Below are positions 40,537 to 50,641 of a stretch of DNA of 64,000 nucleotides, in pieces (within the stretch, counting starts at the first letter, position 1; the number at the start of each line of letters is the position of its first letter). The notes beneath the pieces are model-generated. The model did no database searches. It was not told the DNA's origin and worked only from the letters and a program-made list of their open reading frames with translations. The stretch is from Clostridiaceae bacterium (GTDB lineage: Bacteria > Bacillota > Clostridia > TANB77 > CAG-508): contig JAETPW010000003.1 in assembly GCA_021771025.1 (NCBI GenBank), positions 8,279-72,278 of the forward strand, given 5' to 3'. The position numbers and the translations under genes are program-made.

Positions 40537-42228
40537 TTAGTTCTTGACGTTTAGTTGATAAATAGTCAGATAATCAATAGAAGTAATTTCTTGAAATTCA
40601 ATTTCCTTATCTTTAGCATAATGTTCCTTTAAAAAAGTAGAAATCATAGCCAAATGAGATAAATCCTGATGATCAATTAAATAATAATGATCATGAGTTA
40701 ACAAAGAAGAATAAAGACCATCAATTTCATATTTTTCTTTAAAACGATAATATTTACTATCATACATAGACCAACTTCCTAAAGGGTGAATATTTTGAAG
40801 AATTCCTTTAGGAGAAGTAGTAAATAGATTAGTTTGATAATAGCGTAATTGCAAAGCACGAGTAGGATAAACATAAGCATTTTCAGGATGACGGTTAAGG
40901 TAAGTAATCAACTTATTATAAGTCGCTTCATTATATTCGATATTTTCCCAAGTATCACTTATCGTAAAAAAAGCATAGGATAATGACTGAGCTAACAATA
41001 AAAAGACAAGTACGATATGAATAGTAATATGGCTAAGCAATAATTTACTCGATAGTCGACTGTTAAGAAGTAGCAAAAAAGCAGGAATAAACAGCACAGG
41101 ATAAACTACACGAAAAACATCTCTTCCTAATACAATAAATAACAAAAATTGCAAAATCCCGGGGAACAACAACCAAAACTTCTTTTTGGGGCTAGCTTTC
41201 AAAGTAAGGCATAAAAAGAGATAGATGAGTAGTAAATAAGTACTAGGTAGCAAAAAACAAAGGGCAAAAAACTGCTTACTATTCTCAAAGATAGAATGGA
41301 AAAAAGAAATTACATCAAAATGAAGGAAACGAGATATTCCATTCATCTCTTGATTCATCAGATTAATCGAAGCAACACGATCATGAGAAAATACCATTTC
41401 ATCACCAGCTGAAAATAAATGAAATAAGCGTAAATCATTTTCAGACCAACCAACTTGATCAGTTATTTGATTAGTTTCTTTAAAATAAGCAGTATCATTT
41501 AATATGCTACGTTCTTTATCGTATTGGTAATAATAAGATTTACGCTCATCTTGATAACCTTGCCAATGAAAAAAGAAAAGGATGCCATATACCATAAACA
41601 AAACAAGATTAATGCCGATAAACATACGCAAAGTAGAAAGTCTTCTCTTCGCTTGGTGGTGACGCATTATTTCATAAATACCGATGCCAATCGCAAAGAA
41701 TAGATAAGAAATAAACACAAGATGACGAATCAGAAGAGCTAGTACAAAAGTAATCATCAAAATGACAAAATCAGATTTCCTACGAAACGTATAATAGGAA
41801 AGTTGATACACTAAACTAAGTAGCAAATAACAATAAGCAACAATAGTGTATTGCAACTTCAGCGTAATAAGTACATAAACAGGAACAATAAAAAGGAACA
41901 AAACCAAATAACGAAGACGGGAATGTTTCTGTTTTTGCAGGAAACGATAAGTCAGAATAGTAAAAATAATCAGTTGGCTACCCACTAAGAATAAAGCATA
42001 CCAATTTAAGGAATGAAAAAGCCCAAACAAAAAAACGAATAAGTTAGCTAACCAAACATGAACATAAAGTACATGACAGTCAGATTGCCCATAATAACCC
42101 GCTAGCATTTCTTGGATCATATAATCATCAATTTCATTGTATTGAATGAGGTGTAAACCAAACAAAAGAAGAGTGATCAACACAAAGACAATACCAATGC
42201 TTATCCATTTTTTCATGAAAAAGGTCAT
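40537..42228 (-). CDS. Polytopic membrane protein, probably a GT-C fold glycosyltransferase
   Basis: 563 aa with more than 10 TM helices and a C-terminal soluble domain; a DDY-type motif sits in the first loop. Confidence 0.45.
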   Translation of the reverse strand: MTFFMKKWISIGIVFVLITLLLFGLHLIQYNEIDDYMIQEMLAGYYGQSDCHVLYVHVWLANLFVFLFGLFHSLNWYALFLVGSQLIIFTILTYRFLQKQKHSRLRYLVLFLFIVPVYVLITLKLQYTIVAYCYLLLSLVYQLSYYTFRRKSDFVILMITFVLALLIRHLVFISYLFFAIGIGIYEIMRHHQAKRRLSTLRMFIGINLVLFMVYGILFFFHWQGYQDERKSYYYQYDKERSILNDTAYFKETNQITDQVGWSENDLRLFHLFSAGDEMVFSHDRVASINLMNQEMNGISRFLHFDVISFFHSIFENSKQFFALCFLLPSTYLLLIYLFLCLTLKASPKKKFWLLFPGILQFLLFIVLGRDVFRVVYPVLFIPAFLLLLNSRLSSKLLLSHITIHIVLVFLLLAQSLSYAFFTISDTWENIEYNEATYNKLITYLNRHPENAYVYPTRALQLRYYQTNLFTTSPKGILQNIHPLGSWSMYDSKYYRFKEKYEIDGLYSSLLTHDHYYLIDHQDLSHLAMISTFLKEHYAKDKEIEFQEITSIDYLTIYQLNVKN

Positions 42229-42331
42229 TCCTTTCTTGTTTTGACTAGTACTAGTTATTGGTTAATAGCTTTTAGGAATAAGTCCGCTCAAACCCCAAGT
42301 CATCTATAGTATTTTTTAGATAAATTTAGTC

Positions 42332-42424
42332 TTCCATAGAGGGGGCTTTTTAAAACACTTAAGCCCCTAATAAAGAAGCCGGTTATTTAAGTGTTAAGCC
42401 TAACGTAGGCCTTAGGAAACTGTC
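42332..42424. repeat. Copy X of a conserved core of about 95 nt; it is homologous to the core of the inverted-repeat element at 49205-49304
   Basis: About 75% identity to the 49205-49304 core (shared TTCCATAG..AGGGG..CTTTTTAA..AAGCCTAACGT..GGAAACTGTC); flanked by a short inverted repeat AAATTTAG/CTAAATT. Confidence 0.6.
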
Positions 42425-42519
42425 TACCTAAATTAAAAAGGGGACAAAGGCTGGTTTTGGTCAACCTGTCCCTAAAAAGGTAATTTTACCATTTTTTACC
42501 CCGTCCCCAATTAGGTAAG

Positions 42520-43797
42520 CTAATTTAATTTTTCTAACCCACCCATATATGGTCTTAATACTTCTGGTACAGTAACTGTGCCGTCTGGCTGATAATTGTT
42601 TTCTACAATGGAAATTAACATACGAGGAGGAGCAACTACGGTGTTGTTTAGGGTGTGAGCAAAGTATGTTCCGTTTTCTCCTTTGATGCGTATACCAAGT
42701 CTTCTGGCTTGAGCATCTGTTAAGTTAGAGCAACTTCCTACTTCAAAGTATTTTTGTTGACGAGGAGACCATGCTTCTACGTCACACGATTTTGCTTTTA
42801 AGTCGGCTAGATCACCACTACAACATTCTAGGGTACGTACGGGAATATTCATACTTCTGAAAAATTCTACGGTATAAGTCCACATTTTTTCGTACCAATT
42901 CCAACTATCTTCTGGTTCACAAACCACAATCATTTCTTGTTTTTCAAATTGATGGATACGATATACGCCACGTTCTTCTATTCCATGAGCTCCTTTTTCT
43001 TTTCGGAAACAAGGAGAGTAGGAGGTCATCGTGTAAGGCATAGCTTCTTTTTTTAAGATTTGGTCTTTGAATTTTCCAATCATGGAGTGCTCACTTGTGC
43101 CAATTAGGTATAAATCTTCTCCTTCAATTTTATACATCATAGCATCCATTTCTTCAAAACTCATGACCCCTGTTACTACATCACTACGAATCATATAAGG
43201 AGGAATACAGTAGGTAAACCCTTTATTTATCATGAAGTCTCTAGCATAGGTTAAAACGGCAGAATGAAGGCGAGCTACATTTCCTAATAGGTAATAGAAA
43301 CCTTGTCCAGCTACACGTCTAGCACTATCTAAATCTAATCCATTTAAGGCTTCTAGTATTTCTCCATGGAAAGGGATTTCGTAGTCAGGCACAATTGGTT
43401 CACCGTATTTTTGAATTTCTACATTTTCACTATCGTCTTTTCCGATCGGAACAGATTCGTGCATAAAGTTAGGAATTTTCATCATACGCACTTTGATTTC
43501 TTCGGCGTACTGTGCTTCTAAAGCTTCATTTTTTTGTAGTTCTTCATTAATGGATTGAACTTTTGCTTTTATCGTTTCTGCTTCTTCTTTTTTTCCAGCC
43601 TGCATTAAGCTTCCAATTTGGCTACTTAAGGATTTTCTTTCAGCACGTAGGTTGTCACCTTTTAGTTTTGCTTCACGATTTTTCGTATCTAAAGATAAAA
43701 TTTCATCGACTAAAACAAGTTTATGATCTTGAAATTTTCGTTTGATGTTTTCTTTTACCCTATCTGGATTTTCTCTTAGTAATTTAATGTCTATCAT
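42520..43797 (-). CDS. serS: Seryl-tRNA synthetase
   Basis: N-terminal coiled coil and class II core (for example GAHGIEERGVYRIHQFEKQE). Confidence 0.9.
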   Translation of the reverse strand: MIDIKLLRENPDRVKENIKRKFQDHKLVLVDEILSLDTKNREAKLKGDNLRAERKSLSSQIGSLMQAGKKEEAETIKAKVQSINEELQKNEALEAQYAEEIKVRMMKIPNFMHESVPIGKDDSENVEIQKYGEPIVPDYEIPFHGEILEALNGLDLDSARRVAGQGFYYLLGNVARLHSAVLTYARDFMINKGFTYCIPPYMIRSDVVTGVMSFEEMDAMMYKIEGEDLYLIGTSEHSMIGKFKDQILKKEAMPYTMTSYSPCFRKEKGAHGIEERGVYRIHQFEKQEMIVVCEPEDSWNWYEKMWTYTVEFFRSMNIPVRTLECCSGDLADLKAKSCDVEAWSPRQQKYFEVGSCSNLTDAQARRLGIRIKGENGTYFAHTLNNTVVAPPRMLISIVENNYQPDGTVTVPEVLRPYMGGLEKLN

Positions 43798-43967
43798 ACT
43801 TTTTCATCCTTTCCATCTGCACAAGGACTATATTATTTTTTTAAGGTAAATAGTCCAATCGATTTTAAACTTTTCCATTTTATTTGAATAACATTATCAC
43901 TGGATAATGGTTTTAAGGTTATCTAGACCCTTAACTTAAGGGACAATGATTGTCCACTATTAGGTAA

Positions 43968-44228
43968 TTAGGAAAGATAATTTTTTTCCATGTCTTTGCT
44001 AATCACAAAACGAAATTTTTGCCCAGTTATGTTATCAGGTCTGTCAGGAATTGCTTCTAAAAACATTTTTTCAGGTCTTACCCAAATGGCACGTCCATCT
44101 TCTCTTGGGTATAAAGGTTTATAAACGACCATTCTTTCTTTTGTTTCAGAATCATAGGCAATGTTTTCGACAAAATAATAGTTTCCTTTAAAATGACGAT
44201 ATACTCTTCCGATTTGTACTTCTTCCAT
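43968..44228 (-). CDS. DUF1653-like protein
   Basis: GRVYRHFKGNYYFVENIAYDSETKE... pattern. Confidence 0.5.
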   Translation of the reverse strand: MEEVQIGRVYRHFKGNYYFVENIAYDSETKERMVVYKPLYPREDGRAIWVRPEKMFLEAIPDRPDNITGQKFRFVISKDMEKNYLS

Positions 44229-44427
44229 TTACAGATACCTCCTTGTTATGGATTTTGTTTCCATTTAATTTACTTTTTTAGTAACGTTATTATACAATAT
44301 TTTTACATAAATAGCAAGAAAACGGGCAAAATAAAATAGAAGGTAAAGAGAAGAAGATACGATAAAATCAACTTGACTTTTTTTTATGGTCACACTAAAA
44401 TGAAAGATAAGATAGGAGTGGTAAAGA

Positions 44428-44703
44428 TTGAACGATAAGGAAATAAAGGAAATGCAAACAGCGTTAGAAAAAAATCAAGACAAAATGGTATTAATCGAAT
44501 TAACAGGAATCGTAGAAGCAAACTGGAAAGAGAACCAGATCAATTTGCAAGTAACAGAAGAAAAAATCGTAATAACGAAAAAAACGGAAACAATAGTAGC
44601 TTTCAATCTTCATCAACTAATGAAAACTAAACGAGAAACAAATAAAAAAATACGATTTGAATTTGATCCATTGCAAACCGTAATTTTGACCATAATGGAA
44701 TAA
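44428..44703 (+). CDS. Hypothetical protein (TTG start)
   Basis: ORF with an AGGAGTGG RBS and a TTGACT-17-TAAAAT promoter upstream. Confidence 0.4.
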   Translation: MNDKEIKEMQTALEKNQDKMVLIELTGIVEANWKENQINLQVTEEKIVITKKTETIVAFNLHQLMKTKRETNKKIRFEFDPLQTVILTIME

Positions 44704-44710
44704 AACACCA

Positions 44711-45001
44711 TTATTTTTTGAATGTATTAGCTAAATTTTCACATAAATCCAAATACAAATTTCGATGTTCTTCAGGAATAGAGTTTAGTAATTCACCGAA
44801 AGTGGTATCTACATTACTTAGGTTAATTCCCAATACAAGATAATCTAAATTAAGTGCTAAAACAGAGGCAATTTTAGTAATAGTGGATAAACTACAAATA
44901 CTTGTTCCACGTTCAATTTCACTCACATAAGAGGGAGATACATCAATCAATTCAGACAACTTTTCTTGTGTTAGTTTTAGTTCAACTCGTTTATTTTTCA
45001 T
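44711..45001 (-). CDS. XRE-family HTH transcriptional regulator
   Basis: LKLTQEKLSELIDVSPSYVSEIERGTSICSLSTITKIASVL. The start is chosen at MKNKRVEL; the longer ORF extends to 45193 through a hydrophobic segment. Confidence 0.55.
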   Translation of the reverse strand: MKNKRVELKLTQEKLSELIDVSPSYVSEIERGTSICSLSTITKIASVLALNLDYLVLGINLSNVDTTFGELLNSIPEEHRNLYLDLCENLANTFKK

Positions 45002-45167
45002 TCGTTTTCCGATTTCTACATAATTTAATTCATCCGTTTTTTTCACCTCATATATTATACCATATTGTATAACGAAAAAAATTCCAATAAAACCAACTAT
45101 AACTGTTGAAGATATACTATGACTGTGATAGAATAAAGAAAAAAAGGGAACGAAAGAGGAGATAAAA

Positions 45168-46369
45168 TGAACAAAGTTAAAAGAAAGTATCAATTAAAAA
45201 AAGCTCAAAAAATAATGGGGGATTACTTTAATTGCTTTAGTCATCACCATCATCGTACTTCTTATTTTAGCAGGGGTAACGATTGCTACATTGACAGGTA
45301 ATAATGGAATATTAACCAATGCTAATGAAGCCAAGAAAATGACCAAGATAGGAGAAATAAAAGAATTACTTCGGGATCAAACAAGCAGAACAAATTGAGG
45401 ACGATAACGTAGTAGAAAACTATGACAAATTAATTCAAAAACTAGAAGAACATCCTGAATATCTAATCATAGGAAATACCGTCAAAGCCAACTATCAGAA
45501 CTTTACTTGTGTAGAACAACAACTATTAGTACAAGATGCACACGTAGAAATAACAGGGGAAAACACAAAACCATATGGTAGTATAGAAAAAGAAATGAAA
45601 GACGGAAAAGTGATATTAACGATTTATGGCGTAGATGATGATACAGACATCAAAACAATCATTAGCCCTAATGGGGAAGAAAAGAAAATTAATTATGAAG
45701 AGGATAGAATTATTAATATAACTGACTTATTAACAGAGGTAGATCCATACGTTCAAACAACAGTAAAAAATTTTCACCATTATTTAAAAGAAATAGTTTA
45801 TCATGTACAAGATAAAAAAAGTGAAGAAATAGATTTACAAAAAGATAAGAAAAATATCATCGTAAATACTACTTGGTATTGGGGAATAAAGAAACCAAAG
45901 GTAATAAATCAATGTTTTGAAAATGGATTTTCTGTTTTAACAAATGGAAATGATAATAAAAGTGATCTAAAAATTATTAAGAGTTATGAACAAGGAAGTG
46001 CAGAAGAAATTCAAAATACTAAGATACTAAAATCTAATGAAATCACGTCACAAGACATCAATAGTAGTGAACAGGGGGAAGATGGCAAATCAATTACAAC
46101 GATCAAGTAGAAGTATGGAAAAAAGAGATAAAAACAGATGGAAGTGAAAGAGATTTAATTGGCTGTTGGAAAGGAGAAAAAGAAAATAAATGGATTGACC
46201 TTCATAATGAAAATATAGAAAATAATACAATATTCCGTAATAGTATTTATCGCCTTTCCGGAACGCGTAGCTTAACGTATGAAGTAACCCAAAACGGAAC
46301 ATACACATTTACATTAGTGGATTTGTGTGGGAATAGAGCTGAATTAAATGTTGATGTAAATGAATTATA
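45168..46369 (+). pseudogene. Type IV pilin-like/pseudopilin-like gene broken by three frameshifts (near 45215, 45360-45396 and 46108)
   Basis: MNKVKRKYQLKKAQKIMG then a frame change to ITLIALVITIIVLLILAGVTIATLTGNNGIL (prepilin-like hydrophobic N-terminus, no Glu at +5), then two further frame changes; the first occurs in a GGGGG run. Confidence 0.45.
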
Positions 46370-46406
46370 AGATATAAAAGAAAATGAAGAAGATAATTAA
46401 AAATTA

Positions 46407-46440
46407 AATTGGTCAGTGATGTCTGACCAATTTGATTTTA
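46407..46440 (+). terminator. Rho-independent terminator
   Basis: ATTGGTCAG/CTGACCAAT stem followed by a T-run. Confidence 0.65.
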
Positions 46441-46792
46441 TAAAATAGGTAAAACTTTAAGAGGGGCATATAATTAATGAATAAAATAATGTACCCAATT
46501 TTAAAGAAAGATAGAGAATATTTCACTAATGAAGTGGAGCATATTCTCTATTTTTACACCAAAAGACAAGATAATCAAAGATAAACTTAATATCAAAAAT
46601 GAATGATAAAATTAACAAAATCCAATGACAAAAATTATTTTTTATTGTATAATATAAAAGTAAAGATGAGTAAGACAAAAAAGCAAAGCTCAAAAATAAA
46701 TAGCAAAAGGGTTTATGGGTATCCACGGAAAAACCTAAATAGATTATACAAGGAAAATATGCTAGCAGACAAGCTAACATAAGCAAAGAAAA

Positions 46793-48022
46793 ATGAAATG
46801 TATATTAATGAATAAAAATACTCCTATAGCTTTAATTGAATACAACACTACCTATCACGCCATGGAAAAAATAGATAAAGAATACAACATAGACTATGCA
46901 CCTCTTTCTTTCATCAATGCGAAAAAAAATAGATCATTAAATGAAGTAAAAGTATTGAACGAATGGTTTAAAAGTAGAGGAATTCCATCATGGAGAAAAG
47001 ACTTAGAAAGACTATTAGAAAGGCTAAACATTACCTCACCAGATGAACTATTAACGAAAGCTTTTGCCTTATCTTTATCAGACCAATATTGGATAAAAGA
47101 AAAAGATAGTCATATCGAATGGAAAGATATTAACTTTTTCATGAATGATTTTGAATACAAAGGTTATCTAGCAGCCTCTTTAAGTAGCATAAACAAAACG
47201 GAAAAAATTAGTCTTCATTCACCTAATAATACAACAGATGGAATGTTACAAAAAGGCTGGATAATCGAAAATGGGAAAAGAATTCTAGTAAAGGGAACAT
47301 ATGCACCAAGCAGACAAGAACCAATCAATGAATGGTTAGCCTCTACCATAGGAAAAAGGCTAGGATTTGATTATTGTAACTATACTGTTGAAATTTCAGA
47401 CAATAAAATTATTTCAAAATGTGAAAATTTTGTTCATGAAAACGAAGAAATAATCACCGCAAAAGACATCTTTTCATCAGAACAAAAAAATAATAACGTA
47501 AGTGACCTAGAACATTATATTAACCTATTAGAAAAACACGAAGTGCCAAATGCAAGAGAAAATGTAGAAAATATGCTTATACTAGACTATATCATGATGA
47601 ATGACGATAGGCACCTAAGAAATTTCGGGGTAATAAGAAATGTTGATACACTAAAATGGGTAAAAACGACCCCTATCTTTGATACAGGAGAATCAATGCA
47701 ATGTAGAAAGTTGACTAGCGAAATCAACTTTTTAGATGGAGAAGGCAAGTTTTTTACCAATACAGAACGAAAATTTTCTACTTATTTAAGAGAAATAAAA
47801 GAAATAGAAAGAATTCCCTACCAAAAACTAAATAGAGTACAAGAAGAATATAAACAAATGCTAATAGATACTCAAAAATACACAGAAATAACAGAAGAAA
47901 GAACAGAAAAATTAGTACAAGGACTAGCATTAAGAATTGCACTTTTAGGAAAACAAATTGAAAAAGCAAAACATCGGTTAATGAGAAATCAAGAAAAAAT
48001 ATACTTAAACATAAAATGGTAA
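46793..48022 (+). CDS. HipA-like serine/threonine kinase (type II toxin family) without an obvious HipB partner
   Basis: HipA C-terminal catalytic motif LILDYIMMNDDRHLRNFGVIRN and N-terminal LSDQYWIKE-type region. Confidence 0.65.
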   Translation: MKCILMNKNTPIALIEYNTTYHAMEKIDKEYNIDYAPLSFINAKKNRSLNEVKVLNEWFKSRGIPSWRKDLERLLERLNITSPDELLTKAFALSLSDQYWIKEKDSHIEWKDINFFMNDFEYKGYLAASLSSINKTEKISLHSPNNTTDGMLQKGWIIENGKRILVKGTYAPSRQEPINEWLASTIGKRLGFDYCNYTVEISDNKIISKCENFVHENEEIITAKDIFSSEQKNNNVSDLEHYINLLEKHEVPNARENVENMLILDYIMMNDDRHLRNFGVIRNVDTLKWVKTTPIFDTGESMQCRKLTSEINFLDGEGKFFTNTERKFSTYLREIKEIERIPYQKLNRVQEEYKQMLIDTQKYTEITEERTEKLVQGLALRIALLGKQIEKAKHRLMRNQEKIYLNIKW

Positions 48023-48163
48023 TACTAAATAAATACAAGTATTACCATTTTATGTAGTATAACTATTTGTTACTGCTTTAGCTAAAAAATAAGAAACCAA
48101 CAAGAAATACTTAGAATAAAAAAGGAAAATAATGGACAAACTAAACCCAAAAGGAGAAATATT

Positions 48164-49009
48164 ATGTTTTTTGAAATCATTCAATTTTTCGTTTACTCTG
48201 CCCTAATCATTCTAATTTCCAAATACATTCTCGTAAAAACCTTACGAAAATTAGCAGAAAACTTAAACTTAAAGCCACAAACAGTAGGAGATATTGCAGG
48301 ATATGCTACCTCAGTTCCTGAATTGTTAACGATTGGTGCATCTAGCTTTAGGAGATTAATGGGAGCAAGCATTTACAATATTTTAAGTTCTAACATCATC
48401 AATTTAATTCAATACTTAGCCTCTGTTTTCATGAGTAAGAACAAAAAGGCATTTCAAAACAAAGCAATTTTAACCGATATAGGGCTAGTCATCATAACGA
48501 TTATTATTCCGATCCTATTCATGTGGGCTAATATAGAACTAAACCTAAGTATTGTACCTATTTTCATTTTACTTTATTTTCTATTTCGTATCATCAACCA
48601 AAATGTTCACAAAGTATACCTGAAAAAAGAAGACGAAAAATTAGCCAAACAAATCGAAGAAGAAGAGCAAAAGGAAAAAGGAAACACCAAAAAGACATTA
48701 TTGTATACCATTACATTATTAGGTACAGGAATACTTCTATTTGTGATTGGAGATGCTCTAGGAAATACCTTAGAAAACTTAGCCAATACTTTTGGCATTT
48801 CTCAAACATTTCTAGGAATTTTATTAGGATTTGCTACTAGCTTGCCAGAATTAATTACCTTTTTTGAAGCACAAAAACATTATCAAGAGCAAGAAGCAGA
48901 CGATATTTTAGGAGTGGTGGAAGCAACTAATAATTTATTGACGTCTAATATATTAAACTTGTTTGCCATTCAGTCGATTGGAATCCTCATTTTCCATATT
49001 TTTCATTAA
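48164..49009 (+). CDS. Ca2+/cation antiporter (CaCA/YrbG-like) membrane protein
   Basis: Two alpha-repeat motifs GYATSVPEL and GFATSLPEL. Confidence 0.65.
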   Translation: MFFEIIQFFVYSALIILISKYILVKTLRKLAENLNLKPQTVGDIAGYATSVPELLTIGASSFRRLMGASIYNILSSNIINLIQYLASVFMSKNKKAFQNKAILTDIGLVIITIIIPILFMWANIELNLSIVPIFILLYFLFRIINQNVHKVYLKKEDEKLAKQIEEEEQKEKGNTKKTLLYTITLLGTGILLFVIGDALGNTLENLANTFGISQTFLGILLGFATSLPELITFFEAQKHYQEQEADDILGVVEATNNLLTSNILNLFAIQSIGILIFHIFH

Positions 49010-49134
49010 ATTCGTTACAAGTGCCTGATCTTATTGAAGGAGTTTTCTTTAAGGAGGTCAGGTCTTTACCATTTATTAGGGCATCCACCTCAAAAGTGGA
49101 CTAAATCAAAGTGGATGTGAATTATTGCTGTTAC

Positions 49135-49385
49135 TATTTACCGTTTGCTGTAATTCTATCCGTGTAAAAAGGTAAGCCTAGCTAATGGTGATCCTATTAA
49201 TTTAACCTTCCATAGCAGGGTCTTTTTAAGACCTTTAGGTCCCTCTACACCGAAGCCTGTTATCGGGTTTTAAGCCTAACGTGGTCTTAGGGAACTGTCA
49301 GGTATAAATTAATAGGATCACCATTAGCTAGGCTTACCTTTTTACACTACTCTACAATTTATACGGCTGTAAATGGTAAAATTTT
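49135..49385. repeat. Inverted-repeat (MITE-like) element of about 250 bp: 43-bp perfect arms (49162-49204 and 49305-49347, extended imperfectly to about 80 bp) around a 100-nt core homologous to 42332-42424
   Basis: GTGTAAAAAGGTAAGCCTAGCTAATGGTGATCCTATTAATTTA and its exact reverse complement flank the core. Confidence 0.7.
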
Positions 49386-49457
49386 CACAAAGAATTCACA
49401 AAAAAATGAGCAAAAGGTATTGACTTTTGCTCATTTTGGATATAATATAATACAAGA

Positions 49458-49484
49458 TTAGCAATCGAAACAAAAGAGTGCTAA
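49458..49484 (+). promoter_or_regulatory. CIRCE operator (HrcA binding site) with promoter TTGACT...TATAAT at 49420-49446
   Basis: TTAGCAATC-N9-GAGTGCTAA matches the CIRCE consensus TTAGCACTC-N9-GAGTGCTAA, directly upstream of hrcA. Confidence 0.8.
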
Positions 49485-49500
49485 AAGAGGTGAAAAAAAC

Positions 49501-50526
49501 ATGGAAGACAATTCCTTAGATAACCGCAAAAAAAAGGTATTACAAGCTATTGTCGAAGAATACGTCAATACAGCAGAGCCAGTTAGTTCTACTGCTCTAA
49601 CAGAACACGAAGAACTAAACTACAGTAGTGCAACCATCCGTAACGAAATGGCAGACCTAGAAAAAGCGGGATTTTTAGAAAAAACGCATACCTCAAGTGG
49701 AAGAATACCATCTGAAAAAGGCTATCGCTATTACGTAGATGAATTACTCAAAGACGACAATATCAGTCTAGAAGAAATCAAATACATCAGTGAAAAACTC
49801 GAAACAAAAGTAAACGAAATAGAAGAACTAACCAAAATAACCACAACCACCATTTCAGAAATAACTCACTATACCACGGTAGCCATTGGACCAGAAAAAG
49901 AAGCACAACTAATTGAAGAAATGAAATTTGTCTTATTAGGGCCAAGAATGTTAATGGCTATCATTTTAACCAACAATGGAATGATCAAAGAAACCATCAT
50001 TAAATTTGAAGAAGACATCACAGACAAGCAAGTAGAAACCATAGGCTATATGTTTAACCAAAAATTAAGAGGGCAACCGCTTGCCGTAATTGATGTTCCA
50101 CTAGAAGAATACTTAATTAACGAAATGAAATACAGCGTAAAAGTCATCAAACCAATCATCGAACAAATCAAAAAGGCCATAGATCAAGACAGGCAAATTT
50201 ATTTAGAAGGAGCCAACAAATCATTTGACTTACCAGAATTTAATAGCCTAGAAGTAGCCAAAAACTTTGTCAACGTGATTGACGAAAAAGACTTAGTAGC
50301 CGATATGCTAAATACCGGGTTTGCCGAAGACATCAATGTCTATATTGGAGAAGAAAACGAGAAACAAGAACTAAAAGATTTTAGCATAGTCACTTTTAAA
50401 CACCGAGTAGGGGACAAAGACTTAGGCACAATAGGAATTATTGGACCAAAACGAATGAACTATTCGAAAGTCATTTCTGTCATGAAATATATCAATAATA
50501 AATTAAACAATAAAAATATAGAGTAG
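49501..50526 (+). CDS. hrcA: Heat-inducible transcription repressor HrcA
   Basis: Translation and the hrcA-grpE-dnaK-dnaJ context. Confidence 0.9.
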   Translation: MEDNSLDNRKKKVLQAIVEEYVNTAEPVSSTALTEHEELNYSSATIRNEMADLEKAGFLEKTHTSSGRIPSEKGYRYYVDELLKDDNISLEEIKYISEKLETKVNEIEELTKITTTTISEITHYTTVAIGPEKEAQLIEEMKFVLLGPRMLMAIILTNNGMIKETIIKFEEDITDKQVETIGYMFNQKLRGQPLAVIDVPLEEYLINEMKYSVKVIKPIIEQIKKAIDQDRQIYLEGANKSFDLPEFNSLEVAKNFVNVIDEKDLVADMLNTGFAEDINVYIGEENEKQELKDFSIVTFKHRVGDKDLGTIGIIGPKRMNYSKVISVMKYINNKLNNKNIE

Positions 50527-50641
50527 CCTCAACAATAAATTTCATCATTCAATAAAATAAAGTTCATCATTTAATCTAGGTGAAATTTTAAAAGTTACTC
50601 ATTTTAAGAAAGGAGGATATGTTGGCAATAAAGGCTAACAT

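Noticed and set aside
42240-42520. Considered whether the conserved core here and at 49205-49304 could be a housekeeping RNA (tmRNA, RNase P, SRP or 6S)
   Set aside because: Two divergent copies sit within long inverted repeats, and there are no matching conserved motifs (for example no tmRNA tag ORF, and no RNase P P4 sequence). This is more consistent with a repeat or mobile element.
43798-43970. Possible T-box leader upstream of serS (minus strand)
   Set aside because: The reverse complement contains hairpins but no T-box consensus (no AANNGGGTGGTACCGCG-like sequence). Only tyrS has a recognisable T-box in this window.
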